A stretch of DNA of 64,000 nt from Chrysemys picta bellii (taxonomy: Eukaryota). A model generated the notes under the pieces. The model was not told the DNA's origin. It saw nothing but the letters and a program-made list of their open reading frames with translations, and ran no database searches. Shown here one piece after another: positions 1-12,489 of this stretch (positions within the stretch are counted from its first letter, which is position 1; each line of letters starts with the position of its first letter). The translations under genes and the position numbers were made by a program. The stretch spans positions 19,282,001 to 19,346,000 of the forward strand of contig NC_088793.1 of assembly GCF_011386835.1 (NCBI RefSeq), written 5' to 3'.

Positions 1-634
1 TATTTATTTCATTGGAACTCAGACTCTTAAGTTACATAGGTGTCTTGGAAAATTTTCCCCAATAAGAAATACTCTTTATAGTCAAAGGGCATTTTAATCC
101 ACCCCCAGAATAGGCATCCTGCTGCTCTACTGTATGGATGCTGGAGTCTGTCCTGGAAGGGTTGTCTTGCTAGCATCAAAGAGCGGGGACATGTCCAGCT
201 AGAAAAGTCAGAGAGTCATGGGGAGAGCTCTGCATAAGTGGAAGTAGAAAAACCCAGTTGGTGGTAGATGGAGTTGGTGGTTTGAAAGTTAATTTAAGGG
301 TAAAATGTGCGTTGAAACTTGTGGTAGCTTCTGTGTATTGAATCTGTGAACTTTCTGAGGTTAGTCCACTGCTGAAGACCGACTGTCTGTCACTCTTTCA
401 ACCGGAAGGATGATGATTTTCATCTGTAACCATTAACTTCAGTCAACATATAATATTTAATCTACACATTTAGCATAAAAAGTGGAGCAAGCCCCTGACT
501 CAACCCGAGTAAATACCCAGAAAGGCCAGTTAGAAAGAAAAAACAAAACAAACCCTCTAATCCTTTCAAGTCACTGCATATGTGTTATTTTGTTTCATTT
601 TTCTTTATGTTCACAGTCATCCCTTTATTAACTT

Positions 635-827
635 GGGGGGAGGGATAGTTCAGTGGTTTGAGCATTGGCCTGCTAAACCCAGGGTTGTGAGTTCAATCCT
701 CAAGGGGGCCATTTGGGGATCTGAGGCAAAATCAGTACTTGGTCCTGCTAGTGAAGGCAGGGGGCTGGGCTGGGCTGGGCTGGACTCAACTCAACTCAAT
801 GACCTTTCAAGGTCCCTTCCAGTTCTA
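635..827 (+). mobile_element. Tortoise-type PolIII (tRNA-derived) SINE with CR1-like 3' tail
   Basis: Head gggagggatagttcagtggtttgagcattggcctgctaaacccagggttgtgagttcaatcc (A and B boxes). Tail gacctttcaaggtcccttccagttcta is CR1-like. Internal short GGGCT and ACTCA repeats. Confidence 0.88.
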
Positions 828-1339
828 TCTCCATTAATTATTATAACTCCCAAAGGGAATGTGATGCATAGCCACACACCTCCCTTGTGTCTCAAATTAA
901 TGCATTGGACACACCCAGCAATGGGATAAATTCAAATGTTCCATCCCATTACCCTTAATCCTGGCTCTTTGAAAGGTAGCACTGTTGACAAAGTCATTGT
1001 TCCTCTGGAGAAAGCCAAAGCACAAAGGTTATTGTGTTTATTAGCCACTTCAGCGGCTCAGGCCATAGTTATGAAAAAAGTCATAAGTATGAACTTGGTG
1101 TGAAATTACTGATGCTTCAGGTTCTACGTACACGATGGGTCTGACCCTGCTCCCGGTGAGGTCAATGAGACTTTTGTCTTTGACTTCAATACAAGCAGGA
1201 TTGGGTCTAACATAAGTATGTGAGCATGACTGTCTCCAAAGCAGGCTCAGGTTGATATGGCAGCACTGCACCATCCTTGGTGTACACTTTATTACAGAAT
1301 GGAGATTTAGTCGTTTGTTCATTCAGTTGATTACTTCAT

Positions 1340-1359
1340 GAGAGAGAGAGAGAGAGAGA
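1340..1359. repeat. (GA)n microsatellite
   Basis: About 10 GA units seen directly. Confidence 0.95.
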
Positions 1360-2080
1360 CATTTACAGGGACCCACATTCTTCTGAACCCTCCAGTCCCC
1401 ACTGGTTGGGTCGTTCCTCCATGCACTACCAGCAAGGGCCATTCTGAACACAATTGGCCTGATTCTCACTTACACTAAGGCCCCTTCACACCACTCTGGC
1501 AGCCAAGAGCGGCCCTAGGCTGGCGTCAGTTACATCGACGTCCCGTTTTAAGGCCAGCTTTACATTGCCAGAGCTGAGTGTACAGCACACTAGTGTAAAT
1601 GACACTCAAGTCCCGTATTTATTATTGTTTAGCTGTTCTTTATGATGTACGTTGTACTTATTTCCCACAGATTTGCTCACCTGGAAACCGTTATAGAACA
1701 GAGCTTCTCCAGGTTCAGGGATGCTACTCTGATTTCCGTCAACTGAGGATCTGGCCAGACATTTTTTTTAATATTTCAGCAAACTGCAGTAACGGATTTT
1801 CTTTTTCTTTCTTTCCTATAAAGCAAACCAAGGCTTATTAAACACACTTTTGTAGGGCCAATAAAGTGTGTTGTTGTGTGCACTGCAAATCGCTTCCAAA
1901 GTGCAGCTCTTTACAGAGAAGGGAAAATGTCTAAAATAAGGGACATGATCCTGCCAGTTCTTCCTGCCTGGCCAACTCCCAAGCTCTTTACTCCTTAATT
2001 TTTTCCTATGTGGTATTTAAGCAGAGGGTCAGTCTCCCTGGTATCTAGGTGCTGGACACGGCAGAACAAAAGGCTAAAAA

Positions 2081-2400
2081 CCAGAGCTGAATGAAAAACA
2101 GAATTTCTGTCATTTGGAGAATTCTGATGTTTCGAAATGTGTTTTTATCCCACATCAGGGTGAAAAGTCAAAGTATCAAAAATTTTCATGGAACGAACAG
2201 TTCAGAAAAATTCAATTCAGAAAGATCAACATTAAATCACATCTGCCTCAGGTGCCCGTGGTGACCCATGGGAGTTGTAGTTCATGTGCCTCATGTCCTC
2301 ATTCTTTCCTGTGAGATGAGATCCCTTGCCAGACTGCATCTCCCATAATGCACCCACAGACTTGTTACTCCCATGATGCACCACATCTATCAGTCAGAGG
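2081..2400. mobile_element. Degenerate non-autonomous DNA-transposon (MITE-like) remnant
   Basis: Contains catgggagttgtagtt and A/T-run motifs shared with 15880-16255 and 42870-43165. No clean TSD. Confidence 0.45.
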
Positions 2401-3993
2401 GAATACTGTAGCAAGGGCTTTGTTGCTCTCTCTCTGGGATCAATGGGCATTGGTTTGAAGATGGAATGAGTGGAAATTGACTTAAAAAAGAAGAAGAGGA
2501 AATGATCTGGCTTAGTGTCATTCCAGAAAGCCTGCAAATTTGGATTCAGGCAGGGTAAAAGAGCTATGTGCAGTTTCTCACCTGAACAAAGCTAATGAAA
2601 TTTGGTATTTAGATACTTATGTGAAAAACAATAATGGAAACAAAAACTGCCGCAGCTTATCTTTAATGCAGCTCTGCAAACTTGTGCCACAAGCAAAAGT
2701 TTGTGCTAATGAATAAAAGCAATAGTATAGAAAGAAAAGTTAGATCCGAAGGAAAGTAAGACTGTGAAAACAAAAAGAAGCTAGAGAAAACAAAAACAAA
2801 ACATGGGGCACATAAATGAATAATCAAGTCTAATTGGTAGAAGTTGCAAACTCAGGTTTCTTGTTCTTCCCCTTCATGTAGAGCCACTTTAAAGGTGGAA
2901 ATCTGGGTAAGCAAATCTCTAGGGAACAGCAGCATTGTTGGTTTTTAATTCATTTTGTGAAAAACCTAACAAAAGATCGTTGCCTGATTTGTCAGTCACC
3001 TCCACATATCAGTATGGTAAATGCACTGTTTGTGCTTAACAAATGCAAAGAGCTTTCTGGTATTTGGCTGTCTGTTTTAAATGTAAATATGAAGATGTAC
3101 TTTGCCTTTGTTTTCCACCATGCCTGATAGCGTCTGCAGCTAAGATGAATCTAAAATTGACACTAGGAGGGTTTCTTTCCGGTTGATATTTTTGCTAAAA
3201 CTTTGGCTCATTGTGAAAACTGAAAAAAGAAAAACCAAATAGTAGAGCCCGCTGCATAAATGCCAATACTTAATAACCTCAGTATTGGCCATGGATGTTC
3301 AAACAGGCTGATAGATTCTTGGATCACAGATTTAAAGACCTGTTGGAGCAGAATCAGATTTTTTTTCTAAAGTAGGATTTTTCTTGCTAACACAGGCCTG
3401 TCCCAGCACTGTCCCAGAAAGAGGAGGACACTCCATCCCTGAGGTTAGAAATTAACACAGGAGCCACCTTTCCTTGGTGTGAGAGGTGGTGGGGGTGAAT
3501 CTGAGCTTTAGCAACATTTGGAGATGGCAAGAAATGTACTTCGAGGTTGAAAAACTGCACTGATTAAACGTAGCTGCAGGAATTTTTCATTTGCAGCCAT
3601 TAGTACTAAAGATGTGCAATTTGGTACATGGAAAAACACATGATTTGCATCTATTCATTCCCTTAAGTTGACTTCAGGGGGTGACAGCAAAGGTTGAATT
3701 TGGCCCCTTTGGTTCTGATTTTTTTGTGGGGGCGAGGGGAGGTTAAGTAAACACTAAGAGATAGAATCTGATCACAATTAGTCCAGATTCACCCCAGGAT
3801 AACTGAGCTCCCCAATGCATTCTGTCCTAGTGGCTTGAGCCAAGGAATCCAGAACCGCCTTGAGTTCTAATTCCAGCTCTCCCACTAACTCATTCTGGGA
3901 CTTTGAGACATGCCACTTAGGCCTGAGTTTTTAGGACTGTCCATTAAATTTGGTTGCTGTGATTTTTCAGGTGTCCAACGTAATGTTTGGCTC

Positions 3994-4579
3994 TGTGATG
4001 GGACATATGCTCCCTCCTGCCCCCCGTCAGGTAGGGGTTAAAGAACTCCTGTGCTCACAGTCAGCCCCAACCCGTCACACCTGTGCAGCTTGTCAGGCCT
4101 GGAGGCAGGTCCTAAAAGGGAGAAACCAAGCCAATTTGAGGAGCTCTCTGGAACAAGCAGAGGTAGAGTGCCCAGAACAGGGCATTCAGTTACTTACTGC
4201 TGAATGGCTTGAGGGTGCTGCCTGCCTGAGCCCTCTGAGAAAAGAAGGGCTGGCTTGTTTCTTTTGTCGAAATACTCCTTGGACTTTAGCCTAGCAGGAG
4301 GGCGAGTGTCGAGATTGTCGAGATTGCCTGCAGAGCCTGAAAACTGCTTTCCCACCTTGACGTGAAGGAGGGGGCTTGGGTCCTCCGACTGGGCTGTGGA
4401 ACTATTTTCCTGTATTTTGTTGAGCTGTTATATGCCCCCTGGGACATCTGGAGGGCTAAACCTCATGATTGGAGTACAAGGTTATGCCCAGGGGGCAAAG
4501 TACCAGGTAAGCAAAGTGCCTGCCCAACGGGGCAGCTGGAGTCATAGGGGCTCAGTCCCTTTAAAAACCAAGCCCTACA
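3994..4579. mobile_element. Probable solo LTR
   Basis: GC-richer block starting TGTGATGG and ending CCCTACA (TG...CA). No matching TSD found. Confidence 0.4.
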
Positions 4580-4619
4580 TGTTCCACATTGGGGACCCCT
4601 AAATAAGTGAAAATTTAGG

Positions 4620-4825
4620 CTCTAAACATTCTGGGGTTATTGGTTTCTACTTCTGCAAAATGGGGCTTCAATCCCTACTTTCACTTGGTGCATGAGGATT
4701 AATGTTTGGCATTATACAAACACCCTAATCATACTTAGCTACCTTAAGGATATGGGGAGGTTTAGTTGGTATCTGTAAAGCCCTTTGAGGTGTGGGGTTG
4801 AAAGGTGCTATATAAATGCATCATT
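4620..4825 (+). mobile_element. MIR/CORE-SINE-like remnants
   Basis: ctgcaaaatgggg...gtgcatgaggattaat...gtaaagccctttgag...aaggtgctatataaatgca resembles a MIR 3' end. Confidence 0.5.
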
Positions 4826-5889
4826 TTTTTTAAACTGTCTTTATTGCCTTCAAGACAGTGTCGTGTCTCCTGCTTTTTCCAGTCATGTTTCTTCCATACC
4901 AGTCAGAAAAATATAACACGGAGCATTTCTTTTGGCAATATGATACTATACAGGACATAAATTCCTTCTTTACCAAGAGGCTACCAAAATCTGGCAGTGG
5001 TGTTGGGTTTTTTTGGGGGGGGAGGGGGCGGGAGAGAAGGGGTCACTGTATTTCTCCCACAAGTCCGTATCTAAAGGACTCTAGTGGTCATAATTGTTTC
5101 ATCCAGAGTTTCCAGTAATAATTCCTGACTTTATTTTTACAGAACTCAAAAATAAATAAATAGAATGGGCATGTTTACAAACCCTTTGTGAGTTTTCTTT
5201 TTCTTTGTTTTGGAAAAGGGTGTGAGTTGCGACCTGAAATACACTGAATCAGAAATATTTAGGGCTTAATAAAATAATTTCAAATAAAACTGGACTCCCC
5301 CCTCCCCCTCCCAACTCGCAATGTGGTGTCTCTTTACTGCCACAGTTAGGGCTATGATCTTGCATACACCAGTGGAAATCAGAAGTAGCTTTAGTTGCAG
5401 TTAGTAAAGACACTCTTGATTGACACCTTGGTTACAGAATTTGGCCCGTAGTGTTCGTCCACTCTTCAGGAACTTCCACTGTAGATTGACACCTTGCAAT
5501 GTCCTCGCATGATACGCATTGCCTGTGGTTTGTGGAGAAGCTGGCTGGCCAGATGGCACTGTCTCCCCTTGTTTCAAAGTTTAGACAAACTGCACAGATG
5601 GGACGGGGGAGGAAATGAAGAGCAAACGTAGACAATGTGATTAACCTTTTTCTAAAAGGACAAATGCATAGCGTGCCGAAGACAGCTAAAAATACACCAG
5701 TACTTTCTGAAAATTACTTTTCCGTGTCAGCAGTTGCTGTAGTTGTAGTATTTTATGATGATTCTGAATGGGAGATAAGGTGGGCTTACGAGGCAGTTTC
5801 TAATAAGGTGGCCCAGACAACAAAAAAGGTTTGAACGTCTGGTATTAATGGTTATTAATGGTTGAGCACTAGGGCTAGATTTAAGAGCT

Positions 5890-6376
5890 GACATGGTAAC
5901 GAATGATTTAGAGAAGCTTGATTGGGAGCTTCTATTGTCCCTTCTTCCTGGCAGAAGCACAAGGGGCCAGTCAATGAAATCAAGAAGTGGAAAATTCAAA
6001 ACTAAGAAAAAGAAATACCTTTTCACACAACGAACAATTAGAATATGGAATTCATTGCTCCAGTGGTCTTCTGTGGCAAAGAATTTGGCAAGATTCAAAG
6101 AGGGATTAGATATCTCTGTGGATAGCAATCATATCTACAGTTATAATAGTTAATGCTTAACAAGCAAACACAGTTTTGGAAGGGATAATAAACTTCATGC
6201 TTCAAGGCTTAAACCAATCTCTAAATATTAGGAATGAGGAGACTTCCACATGGGAGCAGATTATTGTCCGCCAAAGGTCCCCCCCATCTTCCACTTGATG
6301 CATCTTGTCATGGCTACAGGAGACATGATACTGGAATAGATGGATCAAAGGTCTGATCCTATATGTTAATTCCTAG
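5890..6376 (+). mobile_element. CR1 LINE 3' fragment (old)
   Basis: Translation STRGQSMKSRSGKFKTKKKKYLFTQRTIRIWNSL matches the CR1 ORF2 C-terminus, followed by a CR1-type 3' UTR ending gtctgatcctatatgttaattcctag. Confidence 0.85.
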
Positions 6377-6884
6377 GATTTTTCTTGGTTGTGGAGTGAT
6401 GAAAGCACTATTTCACAAACTAAACAAAGGTCAAATGCATTTGTGTTGTTTTTTTTCCCTAGATTGAGTGTGTATATAGAAATGCTAACACCTGACTTTC
6501 ATAATGTCACAGTAGTAGCAATCTAGTGATCATTGACACAATAAATTGCAATGGCTAATTCAAAATTTATTGTCTTTGTACCAAATACATAATTAAGGAG
6601 GTTTAAATATTCATATTCAGATAGGCTTTAAAACTTTAAATGGATATTATAGGCCTTGTCTAAGCAAATTATTGATATGATCAAGTGTAAATAAGAGCCA
6701 TTATGGTCGATAGTGAAACATCTTCATTGTGGCCAAATACTGCTCCCAGTTGCACTGACGTAAACAGAGATGCTGGATTGGCACTGATATAATTTAGAGC
6801 AGAATTTGGCCTTTGTTTTCTTGATAGCTAATTCTGCTTATAGATGCATATATTCAACTCCTGTTTATTGGTTTCTATTTGTTG

Positions 6885-8125
6885 TTACTATTATTTATTT
6901 GTATCACTGTACTGGCTATGAGCCCTAATCAGGGACCAGGATCCCATTGTGTTGGGCGCTGCACAAACACTGAAGAAAAAGGCTGTCCTTGCCTAAAGAG
7001 CTGACAATCTAAATATAAGACAAGAGACAACGGGTGGATACAGACAGCTGGAGGCACAAGGAAACAATGAGCCAACATTAGTCTGCATAATAAGCAGTGA
7101 TCTTTGCATACCAGCACCCTACCTGTTGTCATTTTTTTTGCAGACCTCATGACAAAGGAGGGTTTTGGATGGGGGTTTTTGAAGGAGGATAATGTGTTAG
7201 TTTTGTGGATGTTTACGCAGAACTTCACCCAAGCATGGGAGAAAGCATAGTTACAAGAAGACTGACGTGGGTTGATTGGAGGAGGGAGTCAACATCTTGC
7301 TAGTGAGTGAGAGATGATACCGGTAGGTAGGGTGGGGATAGGTCATGAAAGACCTTGAAAATGAAGCCATATAGCTCATGTTTGATGCAATAGAAAGGAG
7401 CAATCTAGTGGAGAGATTCAAAGAGGGGTGACACGATCAAAGTGACAGGCTATGAAATTGATCTTTGCAGAAGCTTTCTGAATAGATATCAGCAGGGTAA
7501 GATTGTGTTTGTCAAGGCAAGAAAGAAGGCTGTTGCAGTATTTGAGATGCAAGATGATGACTTGGACCAAAGTTCAGATCCTATATGTTAATTCTTATGG
7601 TTTTTCTTGCTTGTAGGGTGATGACAGCACTAATTTAGAAATTGAATAATACTCAAATGCATTTTTTGTTGCTTTTTGACGTTCCTAATAACACAGTAAC
7701 AGATTCTGCTATAGCAATCTGGAGATCATTGACACAATAAATTGCAATGGCTAATTCAAAATGAGTTTTTCAGCTGTATGGATGGCTAGGAAAGGCCATA
7801 TCTCAGCGACATTATCCAGAAAGAATCTGCAAGATTTAGACATAGCCTGGGATTGAGGACCTCTTGAGAGAGATCTGAGTAGAAGATGATGCTCATGGTA
7901 TGAGCCTGAGTGACAGGCAGGATGGTGGTGGTGTCCACGGTAACTGATAGAGGAGGTATGGGGAGGATTTAGGAGGGAAGATTAAGAGTTCTGTTTTAGC
8001 CATATTGATCTTGATCCATGAGGAGATGTCAGAGAGTCAGGCTGGGATTTTAGTTTGGAGACAGGTCTGGCATACAGAGGTAGATCTGTGACCACAGAGA
8101 TGGTAGCTGAAATTGTGTTTGCAAA
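6885..8125 (-). mobile_element. L2-clade LINE 3' fragment, interrupted at 7573-7762 by a local duplication
   Basis: L2/MIR-type tail gtccttgcctaaagagctgacaatctaa and purine-rich antisense ORF2-like sequence. The L2 sequence resumes after 7762. Confidence 0.65.
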
Positions 8126-8127
8126 TG

Positions 8128-8635
8128 AGATTACCCTTATAAAACAGCAGCCAGTTGCAAACCGAGTGAGCGACGAACAGAGCGGAGGCAAACAGAGGGA
8201 GTTTGCCTCGGAACCATCTGAGAGGACCTATGGTGAGTGCCGCATTAAGGGGGCTGTGTTGTGAGCTGGAGGGGTGAATAGCCGGGTGTCTGTCTGCTGT
8301 AATCATTTGTTTGATGGTGCTGGTTGCAGGGACTATTTGACCGTGTGTGTGGGGAAAGGGGGTATTTTTGATCTCCTGTTAGTAGTTTGTAATTAACTAC
8401 AGACCTCCAACAACAATTCAGCCAAGATGGTCAAGGACGCAACCCCATGCTCTGGATGTCCCCAAATGTCTGACGGCCAGAAGCTGGGATTGGATAACAA
8501 AGTATGGAGCACTTGATAATTGCCCTCTTCTGTTTATTCCCTGTGAAGCATCTGGTACTGGCCACTGTCAGAAGACAGGATACTGGGGTAGATGGACCAT
8601 TGATCTGGCCCATTGTGGCCGTTCTTATGGTCTTA
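8128..8635 (+). mobile_element. CR1 5' UTR-like segment (8128-8360) followed closely by a CR1 3' end (8436-8635)
   Basis: ggcaaacagagggagtttgcctcggaac (8187-8214) resembles the far 5' end of the minus-strand CR1 at 51087-51117. The 3' part ends gatggaccattgatctggcccattgtggccgttcttatggtctta, a typical CR1 tail. Confidence 0.55.
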
Positions 8636-9149
8636 ATCCCAATTAGTGAAGTGAGGACAGAATGTTAAAACCTGATTTTCCACTCATTTATTACACTAGT
8701 GTAGCTTCATAGACTTCAGCTGCAGTTGTCTTGATTTACAATGATGTGAATTGATATGCCGGCCCTGAAAGTGTGATCTGTAAAATAATCAAGGACAAGA
8801 TGTCATTTACTGACCTTGTTGATCACTTGCATCATAGCAAAGTACGGTGAATGGCAATTTACTGCTCCCACGATGGCAGGACACTCGTCCTTCATAATCA
8901 GCTTGGATCAAATGTGAAGGGACGTATGTAGTACGGAGTATCTTACAATAGGGATATTGTCACTCTGTGGCAGTCCCCAGTCTCTATTATAGCACTGTCA
9001 TCCATGGTTTCTGGGGGGGGAAAGCTCTCTGCTGCCATCTATTGTTGAAAGAGAGGAAGGGAGACTTCATTTGCATAGGTGACACCAAGTGTGTGCTAGG
9101 GGATAATTTTTGGTGGTTCAGGATTAAAATTCACTTACATTATGATTGC

Positions 9150-10611
9150 ATGGACCTAATATACCTAATATACCTAGATTTCAGTAAAGCGTTTGATACT
9201 GTACCCCATGAGGAATTATTGGTTAAACTGAAAAACATGGGGATCGATATGAAAATCCAGAGGTGGATAAGGAATTGGTTAATGGGGAGAATGCAGCGGG
9301 TCGTATTAAAGGGTGAACTGTCAGGTTGGAGGGAGGTTACTAGTGGAGTGCCTCAAGGTTCGGTTTTGGGACCCATTTTATTTAATCTATTTATAACTGA
9401 CCTCGGAACCGATTGCAGGAGTGGGCTGATAAAGTTTGCGGATGATACGAAGGTGGGAGGCGTTGTAAATTCGGAGGAGGATAGGGATATCCTGCAGGGA
9501 GACTTGAATGAGCTTGTGAATTGGAGTATCAGAAATAGGATGAAATTTAATAGTGAAAAGTGTAAGGTGATGCATTTGGGGATGACTAATAACAATTTTA
9601 GTTACAAGATGGGGACGCATTGGTTAGAAGTAACGGAAGAGGAGAAGGACCTAGGGGTCCTTGTAGACCGCAGGATGACTATGAGTCGACAATGTGACGT
9701 GGCAGTGAAAAAAGCCAATGCTGTCTTGGGATGCATTAGGTGAGGTATATCTAGTAGGGATAAGGAGGTCCTGCTTCCGTTGTACAAGGCGCTGGTGAGA
9801 CCTCATTTGGAGTACTGTGTGCAGTTCTGGTCTCCCATGTTTAAAAAAGATGAACTCAAACTGGAACGGGTGCAGAGAAGGGCCACTAGGATGATCAGAG
9901 GAATGGAAAACCTGTCGTATGAAAGGAGACTAGAGGAGCTTGGGTTGTTTAGTCTGACAAAGCGAAGGCTGAGGGGGGATATGATTGCTATCTTTAAATA
10001 TATTAGAGGGATTAATACAAGGGAGGGAGAAGAATTATTCCAGCTTAGTACTAATGTGGATACGAGAACGAATGGATATAAACTGGCCGTGGGGAAGTTC
10101 AGGCTTGAAATTAGACGAAGGTTTCTGACCGTCAGAGGGGTGAAATATTGGAACGGCCTTCCGAGGGAAACGGTGGGGGCGACGGACCTGTCTGGTTTTA
10201 AGATTAAGTTAGATAAGTTTATGGAGGGAATGGTTTAATGGTAAAACATAGTAGTCAAGGAAAACCAAGCAATGGTAGGTAAATAGTATAATGGCTAACA
10301 GGGGTCAGGCTGGAGACTCTTGCCTATATGCTCGGGGTCTTACTGATCGCCATATTTGGGGTCGGGAAGGAATTTTCCTCCAGGGCAGATTGGCTGAGCC
10401 TCTGGAGGTTTTTCGCCTTCCTCCGCAGCATGGGGCAGGGATCACTAGCAGGAGGGTCTCTGCCGATTGAAGTCACTAAAAACAGGATTGGGGACTTCAA
10501 CAGCAGAGTCCAGGGAAGGGGTAGGGACGGTTTTATGGCCTGCAGCATGCAGGGGGTCAGACCAGATGATCATAATGGTCCCTTCTGACCTTAAAGTCTA
10601 TGAGTCTATGA
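9150..10611 (+). mobile_element. Young 5'-truncated CR1 LINE: ORF2 RT and C-terminus plus 3' UTR
   Basis: YLDFSKAFD, GVPQGSVLGP and KFADDTK RT motifs. One in-frame TGA at 9741-9743; ORFs 8967 and 9780 are in the same frame. Tail gtctatgagtctatga. Confidence 0.96.
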
Positions 10612-12489
10612 ATCATTGAAGGTGAGAATGCGTCTACAGAGAGCAATGAAATGCAGAGACACATGACTTGTAGAATGTAGCTCAACCATTTTATTTGACA
10701 CCACTGGCCCCCCGAAAGAGAAAATAATACATGCACTCTTTTATTTATTTATTTATTTGACAAAACTTTAATTAGAAAAATCAGTCTTCAGTTTATTAGA
10801 AAATTACACAAGCTGATAAATCTTGGTAAGATATAGAGAGAATATTTTTTTTCTATGAACATTAGACCTAATAAAAAAGTTAAAATAATTAACGGCATTC
10901 ATCAATTCATCTTTTTCCACACTATATTTCCCAATAAAAATGATATAGTCATCAACCTTTATTTAAAAATGATATATGTTTGTGATAGCTTTTCAAGACT
11001 TGAAGGGACAATACTAATATTTAGATCATTCATTCATAATTTTTAGTGACCCAATATGTTGAAGCAGAACAGGCTTATAACTAAGCCCATAAAAGGAACT
11101 TTAATTTTCTGAACCCAGCAAAAATGTATGTTTAGGAGTTGTTCAGAAATCATGATTTTAATATTGTCCCTTTTTAAAGAAATGTCCATTAACTTTTTTA
11201 GCATTAAAACGTAGTTAGAATCATTAATTCAATAAAGCTTGCTATGTTACATACAGTAGTTTTATACCAGAGTGGCATACATTGTGCTGGTGTCTTGTGC
11301 TATCTATGAAGTGTGTGCGTGCCCATGAGCTGGGAGTCTCCAGTTAAATTAAATAGGGCATTCCTTTCGCATGAAACTGGCATGAGTACATTTTGATTAC
11401 AAGTGCAAAATTTTAATCTGAATATGTTTATTATGCTGCATTAAATTAGGTGTTCACTGGTCAGCCCTACCATGTTCCAACATGCTAGAACACTTGTAAA
11501 AGCCCCAGTGTTTATTTACTGTATGTTTACAAAGCAGTTTAAAAAAATCCACGCAATACAATGAAGAATGAATATGCAGTATCTACATTATCTTATGCTC
11601 CTCATTAAAATGATGGCTAGTTTGTAATTCACAGCTAATTAATTCAACAGAATTGAAGTCTGGTTTGTTTGTTTTTGTTTTGCATAGTGCATTCAATACC
11701 CGGTATTTTCTTGCCTGTGTTATTAATGGCTAAAGAAAATATTTAAATAAATACACAGTCGTTTATATAGCATCACATTTTATTTCAGGCGTTTGGAACC
11801 CAAGATGATAAAAGGAGATTGGGAAAATTACTTGGCAAACTGCACAGAATGTATTGCTATAGAATGTATGTATATTACACAGCCTAAAATGATCACCATT
11901 AAATCATCACTTAGACAACAACTGGATAATTGTCTGCTGTTTTCCCTTGCCTGCCACAGTGAAATGTAGCTACTAATATACTGTTTTCCCTTCTGGATTT
12001 TCATTGAAGCCCTGCTGAAAATAAATAACCATTGCTGCCTAAAGGAAAGACTCAGTAATACATTTGGAGCTATGCTTGCTATATTTTTCACACATTGCAG
12101 TGTGCATTACTCTGTATCTTCTCCTTGTTCCTTCTCTGAAAGGTATCCATCATAGTCCATTTGATTTATGCTGCTAGACAGCCCACTGAGGTCAACGGAA
12201 TTACTCCCATTGACGTCATTGGGCTTTCAATCAGGTGAAAGACATGGTCCTGGATATGACCTTCAGACTTTTCTTGTTACTCCCTGGGAATAGGGTGTGC
12301 CAGACCTATGGGTGACCCTGACTCCTCCCAAATATGGCACCTCCCCTTTGTTCTGTATTGCTGAATGCCTTTCTCCACTAAAGGGGATGTTTCCCTAACA
12401 CACCCCGTTTTAATGACAGAAGACTGACTATGGACAGTCTCTGTTATGAAAATAATATTTCTGGGTCATGGTTTATGTTCAATTTTTGA

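Noticed and set aside
635-710. tRNA-like sequence
   Set aside because: It is the head of a PolIII SINE joined to a CR1-like tail, not a tRNA gene.
1685-1823. Minus-strand segment with a strong acceptor (tttgctttatag) and donor (CAG|gtgagc)
   Set aside because: All three frames contain stops, so it is not a coding exon. A non-coding exon cannot be assessed from sequence alone.
8967-9151. Unique sequence in frame with the CR1 RT (apparent 258-aa fusion ORF)
   Set aside because: Chance read-through from a TE junction, with a non-ATG start, no homology, and a premature stop in the CR1 part.
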